DNA of 64,000 bases from Opitutia bacterium UBA4506 (lineage in GTDB: Bacteria > Verrucomicrobiota > Verrucomicrobiia > Opitutales > Puniceicoccaceae), in NCBI GenBank assembly GCA_002388665.1, contig DGMY01000040.1, positions 8,093 to 72,092 of the forward strand. The letters are read 5' to 3'. The notes beneath the pieces are model-generated. The model had not been told where the DNA came from. It worked only from the letters and a program-made list of their open reading frames with translations, and searched no databases. Positions 28,773 through 38,237 of this stretch are shown one piece after another. Made by a program: the position numbers and the translations under genes. How positions within the stretch are numbered: the stretch's first letter is position 1; every line of letters starts with the position of its first letter.

Positions 28773-29524
28773 TAACAGACGGAAGCCCGGAGGGAGGGAC
28801 GTCGAGAGATAAATACGGCTGCGACCCCGATCAGAGAGAGTACGAGTCCGGCTTGTGCAGGCTCAGGTACCACCTGGAAAGAGAAAGTGGCTGAATCGGT
28901 GACGATACCGTCAGTCACATGATCGCCAACCCACTCGAATGTGAAAGAGTAGGAACCCAACTCAGTGAACGCCCATTCAAGGTGAGTGTGTGACTCGGGC
29001 GCCAATGAAAGTGAGTTTCCAAATGCGGTGGATCCCGCATTGTAGGTAGAGAAGGCCACGTCGGCGACACTGGTACCGGCTAAATTCGTGGTGTATAGTG
29101 CAGCCTCTGCTCCGCCTGGTGTTGACCATCCAGTTAGGGTTATCGTCAAGTTGCCATTCCAATTGTCCGCGTTGAGTTCTTCGGTGGCGAAACCAAGGTT
29201 CGGCTGGTAGGTCGCTGAGCCGGCGGTATAGATGAAAGATCCATCGGGTAGTCCAATTGCGGATGCGAGGCCGATTGGTGAGTTGCGAGTTGAAGTAACC
29301 TCGGCAACCATGCCGGCGGGCTCATATTCCCCTTCGCTCGCGAGCGGACTGCCGTCGACGGTTGCCCCAGCACCGATATGCCAGTGTGGTTCGAACTCGC
29401 CACCTTCATAGGCGATTCCGATGTCCCCGTGGCCCGAGGAGTACACGGAGGTTGCCGCATCTGCAGCAGATACTGAGATCGAGAGAGCAACAGCTCCCAC
29501 AACAAAGGTTGATTTCATTGTCAT
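28772..29524 (-). CDS. PEP-CTERM surface protein with choice-of-anchor M / anchored-repeat-like domain
   Basis: Signal peptide; GHGDIG, HWH, SHTHLEWAFTELGSYSFTF; VPEPAQAGLVLSLIGVAAVFISRR; stop overlaps the next GTG at 28772. Confidence 0.8.
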   Translation of the reverse strand: MTMKSTFVVGAVALSISVSAADAATSVYSSGHGDIGIAYEGGEFEPHWHIGAGATVDGSPLASEGEYEPAGMVAEVTSTRNSPIGLASAIGLPDGSFIYTAGSATYQPNLGFATEELNADNWNGNLTITLTGWSTPGGAEAALYTTNLAGTSVADVAFSTYNAGSTAFGNSLSLAPESHTHLEWAFTELGSYSFTFEWVGDHVTDGIVTDSATFSFQVVPEPAQAGLVLSLIGVAAVFISRRPSLRASVC

Positions 29525-29564
29525 GCAGTATCGTTTAGGTTTACTGAAAGTTACTTGCAATACT

Positions 29565-29585
29565 AAATGAAAGAAACTTTCATTT
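29565..29585. promoter_or_regulatory. Perfect 9-3-9 inverted repeat, candidate Fur-family (Zur-like) operator
   Basis: AAATGAAAG-AAA-CTTTCATTT, 40-60 bp upstream of the PEP-CTERM start. Confidence 0.6.
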
Positions 29586-29616
29586 TGATTTGGCTACAGG
29601 ACCAAAGGGGCTGGAG

Positions 29617-31356
29617 CTAAACGGATCGTCGCCAGTCGACCAGTTCCCCGCGCACGGATTCTCGTCCCCGCCACCACGAACGATTGAGCCGCATGGCCAG
29701 GTCAATCTCCTCATGAATCGGTGGCATATGATCGGCCATGCGCCAACCGATGACTTGGATTCCCTCAGCGCCGGGAAGCTGAAACCGGATATGGTCTTTT
29801 CCCATTAAGCGAGGCGGTTCGCTCAATTGGACACCGTGAACGGCAATGATCGGCTCTGGATTCTTTTGTCCAAATGGTCCGAGGGATTCGATTTCCAAAA
29901 TTTGCTGCCTCGAAATGGAAGTCGGTTCAGTGATGGCGTCGATCCGTAAAGTTTTCGGTGGGATCTTACCGCTGCAAATCTCCTGAACCGATTTGTCGAA
30001 AGCCTTGGCGAACTCCGGGATCATATCCTCCTCAATACTCAATCCCATCGCGGCGGGATGCCCGCCCCATTTGGGAGGTTGCACCTCACAGTTTTGCATG
30101 ACCTCGAGGAGATTGAGACCTGAAATTCCACGGCCCGATCCTTTGAATCCCGAACCGTCCCATCCGAGAACGATGGCAGGGCGGTGAAACTGTCGAGAGA
30201 GGCGGCCGGCGACGATACCGACAACGCCGGGATGCCACTCTTTTCCCCAGACCACGATACCCATTGGCGGATCTCCTGCGATCTGTTCAAGCGCCTGGTC
30301 GATGACTCTGCGTTCAAGACTCCGTCGTTCACTGTTAATTGAATCGAGTTTGCGGGCGAGGTCGAAGGCGAGTCGATTGTCTCCAGTGAGGAGGAGGTCG
30401 AGGGCCAGAGATCCATTTTCTATCCGACCACCGGCGTTGATGCGAGGCCCTAAGCGAAAGCCTATATCTGAGCAATTCAGGGGGTTGTTTACATCGACAT
30501 CAGATACCTGAAGTAGCGCGCGAAGCCCATGGTTGTTGGTCGCCGCCAGTTGTTTAAGACCGTGATGAACGAAGATACGGTTTTCACCCTGCAGAGGAAC
30601 AAGATCAGCAACGGTGCCTAATGCAACTAGATCCAGCAGATCCTTCAGGTTTACTTTGTCCCGCGCCCCGCCAAATTCATTCTCCCAGTAGCGAAGAAGA
30701 GCGTGTACTAGTTTAAAGACTAAACCAACCGTGCAGTGGTTCTGAAATTGAGGTTGGAGTTGGTCCGGTAGATGCGGGTTAATGATCAGGCAAGAATCTG
30801 GTAAAGTGGGCTGGTCATCGCGTGAGTGGTGATCGACGACGATAGTGGTCGTACCTTGCTTAGCGATCCACTCCAATTCAGAGTCTGAACGAGTGCCGCA
30901 GTCGAGTACCATGAGTAAATCAGGGGCATTCTCCGAGAAAGATCGCTCTAAGGCGGTATGGCTTAACCCATATCCTTCTTCCATGCGATCGGGTATAAAG
31001 TTTTGTGTAGTACCACCTAGGCCTGCAATCGCTCGAGCAAGTAGGGCGGCGCTTGAAATTCCATCAACGTCGTAGTCGGAAAAGATGCCGATTGTTTTAT
31101 TGTCCCGGATGAACTGCGCCAGAATTTTGGCTGATTGTTCGCAAAAGCGGAGTTCATGGGGGTCAATAATGTGTTCGAGCCGGGGAGAAATCCATTCCTC
31201 TGAGGTTTCCGTGCAATTTTCCAGACGTTGGAGGAGTATTCTTGAGACAAAGAGTGACAGGCCGGTGCTTGCTTTGATTAAGTCAACCTCGCCCTGAGGG
31301 AGGTCTTTGGTTTTCCAAATTTCGTAAGAACTTGTAGTAGGCGTTTTTGCTGACAT
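29617..31356 (-). CDS. recJ: Single-stranded DNA exonuclease RecJ
   Basis: DYDVDG, DRMEEGYG, DCG, VDHH, GTVADLVPL..ENR, PRINAGGR, DHHA1 GSGR, GGHPAAMG. Confidence 0.95.
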   Translation of the reverse strand: MSAKTPTTSSYEIWKTKDLPQGEVDLIKASTGLSLFVSRILLQRLENCTETSEEWISPRLEHIIDPHELRFCEQSAKILAQFIRDNKTIGIFSDYDVDGISSAALLARAIAGLGGTTQNFIPDRMEEGYGLSHTALERSFSENAPDLLMVLDCGTRSDSELEWIAKQGTTTIVVDHHSRDDQPTLPDSCLIINPHLPDQLQPQFQNHCTVGLVFKLVHALLRYWENEFGGARDKVNLKDLLDLVALGTVADLVPLQGENRIFVHHGLKQLAATNNHGLRALLQVSDVDVNNPLNCSDIGFRLGPRINAGGRIENGSLALDLLLTGDNRLAFDLARKLDSINSERRSLERRVIDQALEQIAGDPPMGIVVWGKEWHPGVVGIVAGRLSRQFHRPAIVLGWDGSGFKGSGRGISGLNLLEVMQNCEVQPPKWGGHPAAMGLSIEEDMIPEFAKAFDKSVQEICSGKIPPKTLRIDAITEPTSISRQQILEIESLGPFGQKNPEPIIAVHGVQLSEPPRLMGKDHIRFQLPGAEGIQVIGWRMADHMPPIHEEIDLAMRLNRSWWRGRESVRGELVDWRRSV

Positions 31357-31484
31357 GCGCTGGAAAAGGAATGTAAATCTAGTAAAATGTATGAAAATCA
31401 GAAAAGGAACTTGATTTTTTCTGTTTTAGGGATTGTCTAAGCAAATCTTCGGATAAATTTGTTTTCGAAAAGACAGAAAAAATT

Positions 31485-31877
31485 ATGACACAAGATATCA
31501 CTAGCGAAATTCGCCGATTGGAACAAGAAGCTGCAAAGCTTGAGAAGCAGAAGGCTGACCTCATGAAGAAGCAAGAGGAGCAAGAACAGCAGTTGAAAAA
31601 GCTGGACAGCCTCGTTGACCAAAGCGGTTACGACACTGCAAAGCAGTTGATCGAAGCACTGATGGTTCGCTTTAAGATCTCGCCATCCCAGTTGAATAAG
31701 AAGTCTTCTCCGATTGCTGGCACTCGTACCCGCACCCGTGTGACTGCAGAGTTGCGTGACGGCGTTCGTTCGGACCTGGCAGCAGGGATGTCCAAGACCA
31801 ACGTGGGCAAGAAGTATGGCATCAGCTATCTTGTTGTTCGTGGTGTTGAGACTGGCAAGTACGACAAACTTTCTTAA
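31485..31877 (+). CDS. Coiled-coil plus C-terminal HTH protein, candidate nucleoid-associated protein
   Basis: N-terminal heptad E/Q/K coil; basic linker TRTRTR; HTH GMSKTNVGKKYGISYLVVRGV; own terminator. Confidence 0.65.
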   Translation: MTQDITSEIRRLEQEAAKLEKQKADLMKKQEEQEQQLKKLDSLVDQSGYDTAKQLIEALMVRFKISPSQLNKKSSPIAGTRTRTRVTAELRDGVRSDLAAGMSKTNVGKKYGISYLVVRGVETGKYDKLS

Positions 31878-31920
31878 GGAACTGAGAGGGCGGCTACCGT
31901 CGTACCTCTTAACGACTTTC

Positions 31921-31954
31921 AAAATGGCGGAACTTCGGTTCCGCCATTTTTTTT
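31921..31954 (+). terminator. Intrinsic terminator
   Basis: AAAATGGCGGAAC-TTCG-GTTCCGCCATTTT plus TTTT. Confidence 0.9.
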
Positions 31955-32010
31955 GCTCACGGAATCTTGACTCGAATTGAAACGGAGGATTTAACTCTCT
32001 GCTTTCCCGT

Positions 32011-32084
32011 AGCCCGGTGGTGTAATGGTAGCACAACTGATTCTGGTTCAGTTTGTCGGGGTTCAAATCCCTGCCGGGCTGCCA
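32011..32084 (+). tRNA. tRNA-Gln (anticodon CTG)
   Basis: AGCCCGG/CCGGGCT acceptor, ACTGA-TTCTGGT-TCAGT anticodon arm, GGTTCAAATCC, G73, CCA. Confidence 0.95.
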
Positions 32085-32143
32085 CGCCGAATCGCTCGCC
32101 AGCGATGTAGTTGTGAGAGTTCCCATCTTTGACGGAATCCGCT

Positions 32144-32632
32144 CTATTGGTTTGTCGGACCGTGAAATTTTTCGCGAAGTGCTTTGTGAACGTTTGCGGG
32201 GACCAGGTGGGTCTCTTTTTCGGTGTAGCGGGCTACCTGTTTAATTAACGCCGAGCTCGTGTAGAAGAACTTTTCGTTGGGCATTAAAAAAATGGTTTCG
32301 ATGGATTCATCGAGATTCCGATTCATCTGCGCCATCTGAAACTCGTATTCGAAGTCGGAAATGGCCCGGAGCCCTCGAATCAATGCTTGTGCACCTCGTT
32401 TACGGGCAAAATCGACAACGAGGCCCTCTAGCGCACACACTTCGAATTGATCGGTGTCCACGCAGTCCCGAATCAATTGAATCCGCTCTTCAATCGAAAA
32501 TATCGGGTTCTTTGGTCCGTTATGAGCCACTGCAACGATGACGCGGTCGAAGAGTACGGAAGCTCTTGTAAGGACATCTAAATGGCCGTTGGTGATCGGA
32601 TCAAAAGTTCCCGGATAGAGGGCGATTTTCAT
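32144..32632 (-). CDS. coaD: Pantetheine-phosphate adenylyltransferase
   Basis: [39 protein letters not shown]. Confidence 0.97.
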   Translation of the reverse strand: MKIALYPGTFDPITNGHLDVLTRASVLFDRVIVAVAHNGPKNPIFSIEERIQLIRDCVDTDQFEVCALEGLVVDFARKRGAQALIRGLRAISDFEYEFQMAQMNRNLDESIETIFLMPNEKFFYTSSALIKQVARYTEKETHLVPANVHKALREKFHGPTNQ

Positions 32633-32841
32633 AGTCGATGGATATCAGCCGAAAAGCAGAAAGGCAATTCGATAGCCTTTGTCGAAGCGAGGCTTGAGTC
32701 GAATTGCCCCAAAACAGGGTTCGCTTCTGGAAAACAATTTCTGGCCTTCCAGATCAAGTGACTGCCTCGGAACCGATTGCTGCGAGCCTCATCAGTAATG
32801 GGAGAGGTCACTACGGTCGTTTCGCGGTTGTTTCGGCAATC

Positions 32842-32916
32842 TGGTGCGGGCGGAGGGAGTCGAACCCTCGTCTCAACCTTGGGAAGGTCACATAATAGCC
32901 GTTATACGACGCCCGC
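32842..32916 (-). tRNA. tRNA-Gly (anticodon CCC)
   Basis: GCGGGCG/CGCCCGC acceptor, TGACC-TTCCCAA-GGTTG anticodon arm, GAGGGTTCGACTCCCTC, A73, CCA. Confidence 0.9.
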
Positions 32917-33002
32917 CAGATTCTCGATGTAGATGAAGCTATGGATCAGACTTTAGAAACTGTACTCGGTCAAGGGGGAATGCTGATTCCGCGTAAGCGA
33001 AA

Positions 33003-36000
33003 TCAAGCACTCGCAGTGACCGCCTCGAGTTTCTCGCTGACAGCAAACACGGGTTCGGGCTGTCCTTCCAGAGGGTGAGGGAGAACCTTCCAGAATTTGG
33101 AGACGGAGGCCTTCCAATTCTTCAAGATTTCCTTGGCCTGTGGACTGGATGACAGGGACGCGTGCAATTCGATCAGCTTCTTTAAGGCTGCGATCTCGTC
33201 ATTGTTGTCGAGACGGATCGGGCTGACCATCTCGGGATTGTAGCGTTCCTCAAATTGATTGTTCTCGTCGTAGATGAAGGCGAGACCTCCACTCATTCCG
33301 GCGCCGAAATTGGTCCCGGTTTCGCCGAGTACGACAACGGTACCACCGGTCATGTATTCGCAGCCATGGTCACCCATGCCTTCGACGACCGCGGTGCCTC
33401 CACTGTTGCGAACTGCAAAGCGTTCACCTGCTTGGCCGGCAGCGAAGAGGAAACCTCCGGTCGATCCGTACATGCAGGTGTTGCCGACAACGATATTGTC
33501 TTTCCAGACGAAGTTCGCGTCTTCAGACGGGCGTACGATAATCTCGCCGCCATTCATTCCCTTGCCGACGTAGTCATTGGCTTCGCCGAGAAGCGTCAGG
33601 CGAATCCCCTGAACGAGGAATGTACCAAAGCTTTGGCCGGCGCTGCCCTTGAAGATCAGATCCATGGTTCCGGCAGGCATGCCGGAATTACCGTGCATAT
33701 AGGCGACCTCCCCGGACAGGTGGGTGCCGATATTGCGGTGGATGTTCTTTACCTTGTAGGTGCGGGAGAATTTCGGTGCGAGGTGAGTGACCGTCTCGAT
33801 CGCTTCTTGTAGAATCTGATCGTCGATTGAACCCTCATTCCCAATCCGGTCATTCCGTTCGCGGGTATGAATCCGCGAAAGAACTCCGCTTGGATCAGGG
33901 TTGTGAAGAAGTCCGGCGAAGTTGATCGTCGATGTCTTCGGATTTTTTGGATCCTGGACCTGCTCGAGTAGATCGGTACGGCCTACCAATTCGTCAATCG
34001 TGGCAACGCCCAAGTTGGCCATTACCCGCCGTACGTCTTCGGCGACGGCGTTGAAGTAGTTGACGAGATTTTCGGGCTTACCCTTGAACTTTTTGCGCAA
34101 GTCTTCGCGCTGGGTAGCGACACCGACTGGGCAAGTGTTTTTATGACATACGCGGAACATCGCGCAACCGGCGGCAATCAGGGCTGCAGTTCCAAAGTTG
34201 TATTCTTCGGCCCCGAGGATCGCAGCAATGACGATATCGCGACCCGTCTTCATCCCGCCGTCGGTACGAAGAACTACCCGGCTGCGGAGATCGTTCATCA
34301 TGAGGACCTGGTGAGCTTCTGCCAGACCGATCTCCCATGCGGAACCCGCGTGCTTGATTGAGGACACGGGCGAGGCCCCGGTTCCACCGTCATGGCCGGA
34401 AATGAGGATCACATCGGCGTATGCCTTGGCGACACCCGCTGCGATTGTTCCTACGCCGGAGGAGGAGACCAGCTTCACGCAAACCTTCGCCCGCGGATTG
34501 ACCTGCTTGAGGTCGTAGATGAGCTGAGCCAGATCCTCGATTGAATAGATGTCGTGGTGTGGTGGGGGTGAAATCAGAGTCACTCCCGGGACACTGAACC
34601 GGAGAGTGGCGATCAGGTCGGTTACCTTGTGGCCGGGCAGTTGTCCGCCCTCACCGGGCTTGGCTCCCTGGGCTACCTTGATCTCGATCTCCCGGGCATT
34701 GGCCAAGTAGGCCGCAGTCACACCGAAGCGTCCCGATGCGACCTGCTTGATCGCGCTATTGGCGCTGGTACCGTCCGGGCGGATGCGGAATCGTTTTGGA
34801 TCTTCACCACCTTCACCAGAATTGGATTTCCCTCCGATACTGTTCATCGCGATGGCGAGAGCCTCGTGTGTTTCGGGGGACACCGCACCGAGAGACATTC
34901 CGGCAGTTGTAAAGCGTCGTCGGATGTCTTCGATCGGCTCTACATCTTCGAGGGAAATTGGTCTCGTGAGGTAGCGGAATTTGAGCAAATCGCGAACCGC
35001 TAGAGTCGGGTGATTCTCGCTGGCTTCCTTGAAGGGGAGGAAACGGTCGAATTTTTTGGAATCCCCGCGGAAAATCTTGTTCATGCCACCGACGACCTTG
35101 GAATTCCAGCCATGGAACTCGGCCGCGCCGCGTTTAACCACACTGTAGTACCCTTCGTCCCATAGCTCTGCCGGTTCCTTGCCAAAGGCCTTGGAGTGGC
35201 GCGCCAGCGTCTCGTCGCAAATTTGTGGGTAGCCGAGACCGCTCACTGGGCAGGCACAGCCCCGGAAGCACTCGCGAATGACCGGATAGCTAATTCCGAC
35301 AGCTTCGAAAACCTGAGCACCCTGATAGCTGAAGAGGGTACTGATTCCCATCTTCGACATGATCTTGAGAATGCCCTTGTCCACAGCCTTGCGGTAGTTG
35401 GCGAGAGCGGTCTTTCCTTCGATCGGTGACTCTTCTTCGGCGCCCATGCGTACGAGAAGGTCCTGGGCGAACCAAGGGCTGACGGCATTCGCTCCAAATC
35501 CAAGAAGACAGGCGATTTGATGAACGTCGCGGGCTTCGGCGGTATCGACAATGATATCGCAGCGAAGACGTTTTCCAGCGCGTACGAGGCCCTGATGGAC
35601 CGCACCAGTGGCGAGGAGCGATGGAATCGGGGCGCGTTTTGCAGAGATATTCCGATCTGAGAGGAGGACGAGCTTGGCACCGCCCTTGACCGCCTCAACT
35701 GCCTCACTGACAAGTCGTTTGATCTCTTCGCCAAAGGATTCAGGATCGATGTCTGCGGGGAAGGTGGTGTCGATGACGACGTCCTTTCCGGCAAAGATCT
35801 TATTCTTCCGAATGGCGTTGAGTTCGTGTTCGAAGAGAAGAGGAGACTCGAGGGTGATGAACGGGTGCTCGTTCGAGAGCGGCTCAAATAGACCCAGTTT
35901 ACCTCCGAGGTTTACCTTTACCGACATCACCGAGCGCTCACGGAGTGAATCAATCGCTGGATTCGTGACCTGAGCAAACAGTTGACGGAAGTAGGAAAAG

Positions 36001-37541
36001 AGGAGACGGCTTCGTGATGAGAGAACCGCGAGGGGAGTATCGTCTCCCATGGATGCAATCGCCTCTTGACCAGTCTGGATCAGTGGCTTCAGGACGATTT
36101 CCTCTTCATCGGTGCTGTAACCATTGCAAACCCGAAGGGGAGTGATCCGCTTGCTGTCCACAGCGAGAGGCTCCAAGGCCTCATCCTCAGAGACCAAGTC
36201 GGAAAGGGGAGTGAGGGAGCGCTTGCACCAGTCTCCATAGTTCTCCTGGGCGGCGAGAACCTGCTTGATATCTGAATCCCGCAGGAATTTGTTGCCGACG
36301 ATATCGACAGCAATCATCCGTCCGGGTCCAAGACGACCCGCTTCGACGACAGGAGAGCCCCAGTCGCGAATCAGTCCGGCTTCCGAACCGAGAACGACGT
36401 TCCCGTCTTCGTAAATTTTGTAGCGGCAAGGGCGCAAACCATTGCGGTCGAGAGCGCCGCCGACGTAGCGGCCGTCGGTGAAGGCCACCGCTGCGGGCCC
36501 GTCCCAAGGTTCCATCATTGCCGAATGGCAGCGGTAGAAGTCGCGCACATTTTCGGGGAGGTGGGGGTTGTTTTCCCAAGCCGACGGGATCATCATGCTG
36601 ACCCCGTGGAAACAGGTCCGCCCACCAACGCTGAGGAGTTGGAGGGTGTTGTCGAGACTTGTGGAGTCCGACATATCCGGTTGGATCATGGGGCTGAGGT
36701 CCTTGTAGCGGTCGCCCCAGACTCCGTGGTTGTTGGAGAATTCTCTCGCCCGCATCAAGTTGCGGTTCCCCTTGATGGTATTGATCTCCCCGTTGTGGGC
36801 GAGCATCCGGTAGGGCTGCGCCTTCGACCAGTCTGGTAGTGTGTTGGTCGCAAAGCGCTGGTGGAAGACCGCAAATGCGGTTTCGTAGCGATCGGAGCGC
36901 AGGTCGATGAAGAACTGGCCGACCTGAGGTGCGTTCAGCAGCCCCTTGTAGGTGACGGTCCGGTGAGAAAAGCTGACGATATAGAAATCAGGGATATTTT
37001 TCTCACCTGCTTCCCGCATGGCGGCACGCATAGCGAGGAATAGCGCCCGCTCATAGGAGTCGCTGTCCATCTTTGGCGCGCGACTCACGAGACACTGGAC
37101 AATCGCCGGGCGGGTCAGTTCCGCTTTCTTCCCGAGGCAGTCTGGATCCACAGGCACATCGCGCCATGCCAGGAAGTTCAGTCCCTCTTTCTCGACGGCG
37201 GATTCAATAATCTGTTTCGCGTGCGTCCGAGCGTACTCGTCGTTGCGCGGTAGAAAAATCATCCCGACCCCGAGATCCGTTTCCTCGTAGAGCGACTTTC
37301 CCTGCTCCTCGAGGAAGGAACTGAACAGCTTGTAGGGAATCTGGGTCATTACCCCCGCGCCATCTCCGGTCACGGCATCCGCATCGATTGCCCCACGGTG
37401 GGCAAGGTTCTTCAGGCCCTGGAGGGCTCGGTCCAACGTTGCGTAGGAGCGTTCGCCATGAATGTTGGCGATGAATCCGACGCCACAGGCGTCGTGTTCC
37501 TGATCTGGGTGATACAGCGGAGATGGATTGTCGAAAGTCAT
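33003..37541 (-). CDS. gltB: Glutamate synthase large subunit
   Basis: EHDACGVG (Ntn Cys), HRGA..AD..GDGAG, FAQVTNP, MSLGAVS, KQVASGRFGV, QGAKPGEGGQLPG, CXXXXXCXXXXC cluster motif, GXGXG domain; start at MTFDN assumed. Confidence 0.97.
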   Translation of the reverse strand: MTFDNPSPLYHPDQEHDACGVGFIANIHGERSYATLDRALQGLKNLAHRGAIDADAVTGDGAGVMTQIPYKLFSSFLEEQGKSLYEETDLGVGMIFLPRNDEYARTHAKQIIESAVEKEGLNFLAWRDVPVDPDCLGKKAELTRPAIVQCLVSRAPKMDSDSYERALFLAMRAAMREAGEKNIPDFYIVSFSHRTVTYKGLLNAPQVGQFFIDLRSDRYETAFAVFHQRFATNTLPDWSKAQPYRMLAHNGEINTIKGNRNLMRAREFSNNHGVWGDRYKDLSPMIQPDMSDSTSLDNTLQLLSVGGRTCFHGVSMMIPSAWENNPHLPENVRDFYRCHSAMMEPWDGPAAVAFTDGRYVGGALDRNGLRPCRYKIYEDGNVVLGSEAGLIRDWGSPVVEAGRLGPGRMIAVDIVGNKFLRDSDIKQVLAAQENYGDWCKRSLTPLSDLVSEDEALEPLAVDSKRITPLRVCNGYSTDEEEIVLKPLIQTGQEAIASMGDDTPLAVLSSRSRLLFSYFRQLFAQVTNPAIDSLRERSVMSVKVNLGGKLGLFEPLSNEHPFITLESPLLFEHELNAIRKNKIFAGKDVVIDTTFPADIDPESFGEEIKRLVSEAVEAVKGGAKLVLLSDRNISAKRAPIPSLLATGAVHQGLVRAGKRLRCDIIVDTAEARDVHQIACLLGFGANAVSPWFAQDLLVRMGAEEESPIEGKTALANYRKAVDKGILKIMSKMGISTLFSYQGAQVFEAVGISYPVIRECFRGCACPVSGLGYPQICDETLARHSKAFGKEPAELWDEGYYSVVKRGAAEFHGWNSKVVGGMNKIFRGDSKKFDRFLPFKEASENHPTLAVRDLLKFRYLTRPISLEDVEPIEDIRRRFTTAGMSLGAVSPETHEALAIAMNSIGGKSNSGEGGEDPKRFRIRPDGTSANSAIKQVASGRFGVTAAYLANAREIEIKVAQGAKPGEGGQLPGHKVTDLIATLRFSVPGVTLISPPPHHDIYSIEDLAQLIYDLKQVNPRAKVCVKLVSSSGVGTIAAGVAKAYADVILISGHDGGTGASPVSSIKHAGSAWEIGLAEAHQVLMMNDLRSRVVLRTDGGMKTGRDIVIAAILGAEEYNFGTAALIAAGCAMFRVCHKNTCPVGVATQREDLRKKFKGKPENLVNYFNAVAEDVRRVMANLGVATIDELVGRTDLLEQVQDPKNPKTSTINFAGLLHNPDPSGVLSRIHTRERNDRIGNEGSIDDQILQEAIETVTHLAPKFSRTYKVKNIHRNIGTHLSGEVAYMHGNSGMPAGTMDLIFKGSAGQSFGTFLVQGIRLTLLGEANDYVGKGMNGGEIIVRPSEDANFVWKDNIVVGNTCMYGSTGGFLFAAGQAGERFAVRNSGGTAVVEGMGDHGCEYMTGGTVVVLGETGTNFGAGMSGGLAFIYDENNQFEERYNPEMVSPIRLDNNDEIAALKKLIELHASLSSSPQAKEILKNWKASVSKFWKVLPHPLEGQPEPVFAVSEKLEAVTASA

Positions 37542-37687
37542 ACGTTCAAGTTCGTCGTTGGGCCGCACAATGCACTGAAGCACGGCCGGAATGAGTCCGA
37601 AAAGAGGAACTCTGAAAGAATCCCTCGTCGGAACGAAGCATTTTTTTTGCTAGATCCCCGGAATTCACCGAGGAAATGAAACTTTTC

Positions 37688-38017
37688 CTAAAAAAAGCGG
37701 ACCGTTTGCGGATCTTCGCGACGGTGCGATGAGCAAGACTGGTTGGTTGGGTAGTCTGTGTCGGCGCTGCTTTTCTTTACCAATTCGTTGGCCACGAGGT
37801 AATTTTCAACCTCTTCGCCGCTTACGTCCGCGAGCATCACGCCATCAATCTCAACACAGGGAGAGAGGTGCTGACCGGAGCGGCGGACCATCTCGTCGTA
37901 GAGAGAGCGATCGCCGATAATATCCAGGTCTTCGTATTCCAGATTGTATTTCTTCAAAATGGCGCGGACACCGCGGCTCCATCCGCAAGTTGGTTTCAAG
38001 TATGCTGTAATTTTCAT
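37688..38017 (-). CDS. Glutaredoxin-like protein (monothiol CGWS)
   Basis: KPTCGWSRGVRAIL, SGQHLSPCVEIDG. Confidence 0.8.
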   Translation of the reverse strand: MKITAYLKPTCGWSRGVRAILKKYNLEYEDLDIIGDRSLYDEMVRRSGQHLSPCVEIDGVMLADVSGEEVENYLVANELVKKSSADTDYPTNQSCSSHRREDPQTVRFF

Positions 38018-38237
38018 GGCTATCTGTAATTTATTCTAATTCGCGACAATGCAAACCTCCCTTAACAAGAGTGAAAATGAGGAAGGTGCAAGTTTGTGCA
38101 TGCTTGAAGGTACTTTTTTTTGAAAAATCCACATCGAATTAGATCTGGGGCAGTGTTTGCTTGCGTTGTATGCAGACCGTCGGTTTAGGTTTTTGGTTTT
38201 CGCGTATGGGATCATCCAATTTCACCTTCGGGGACAC

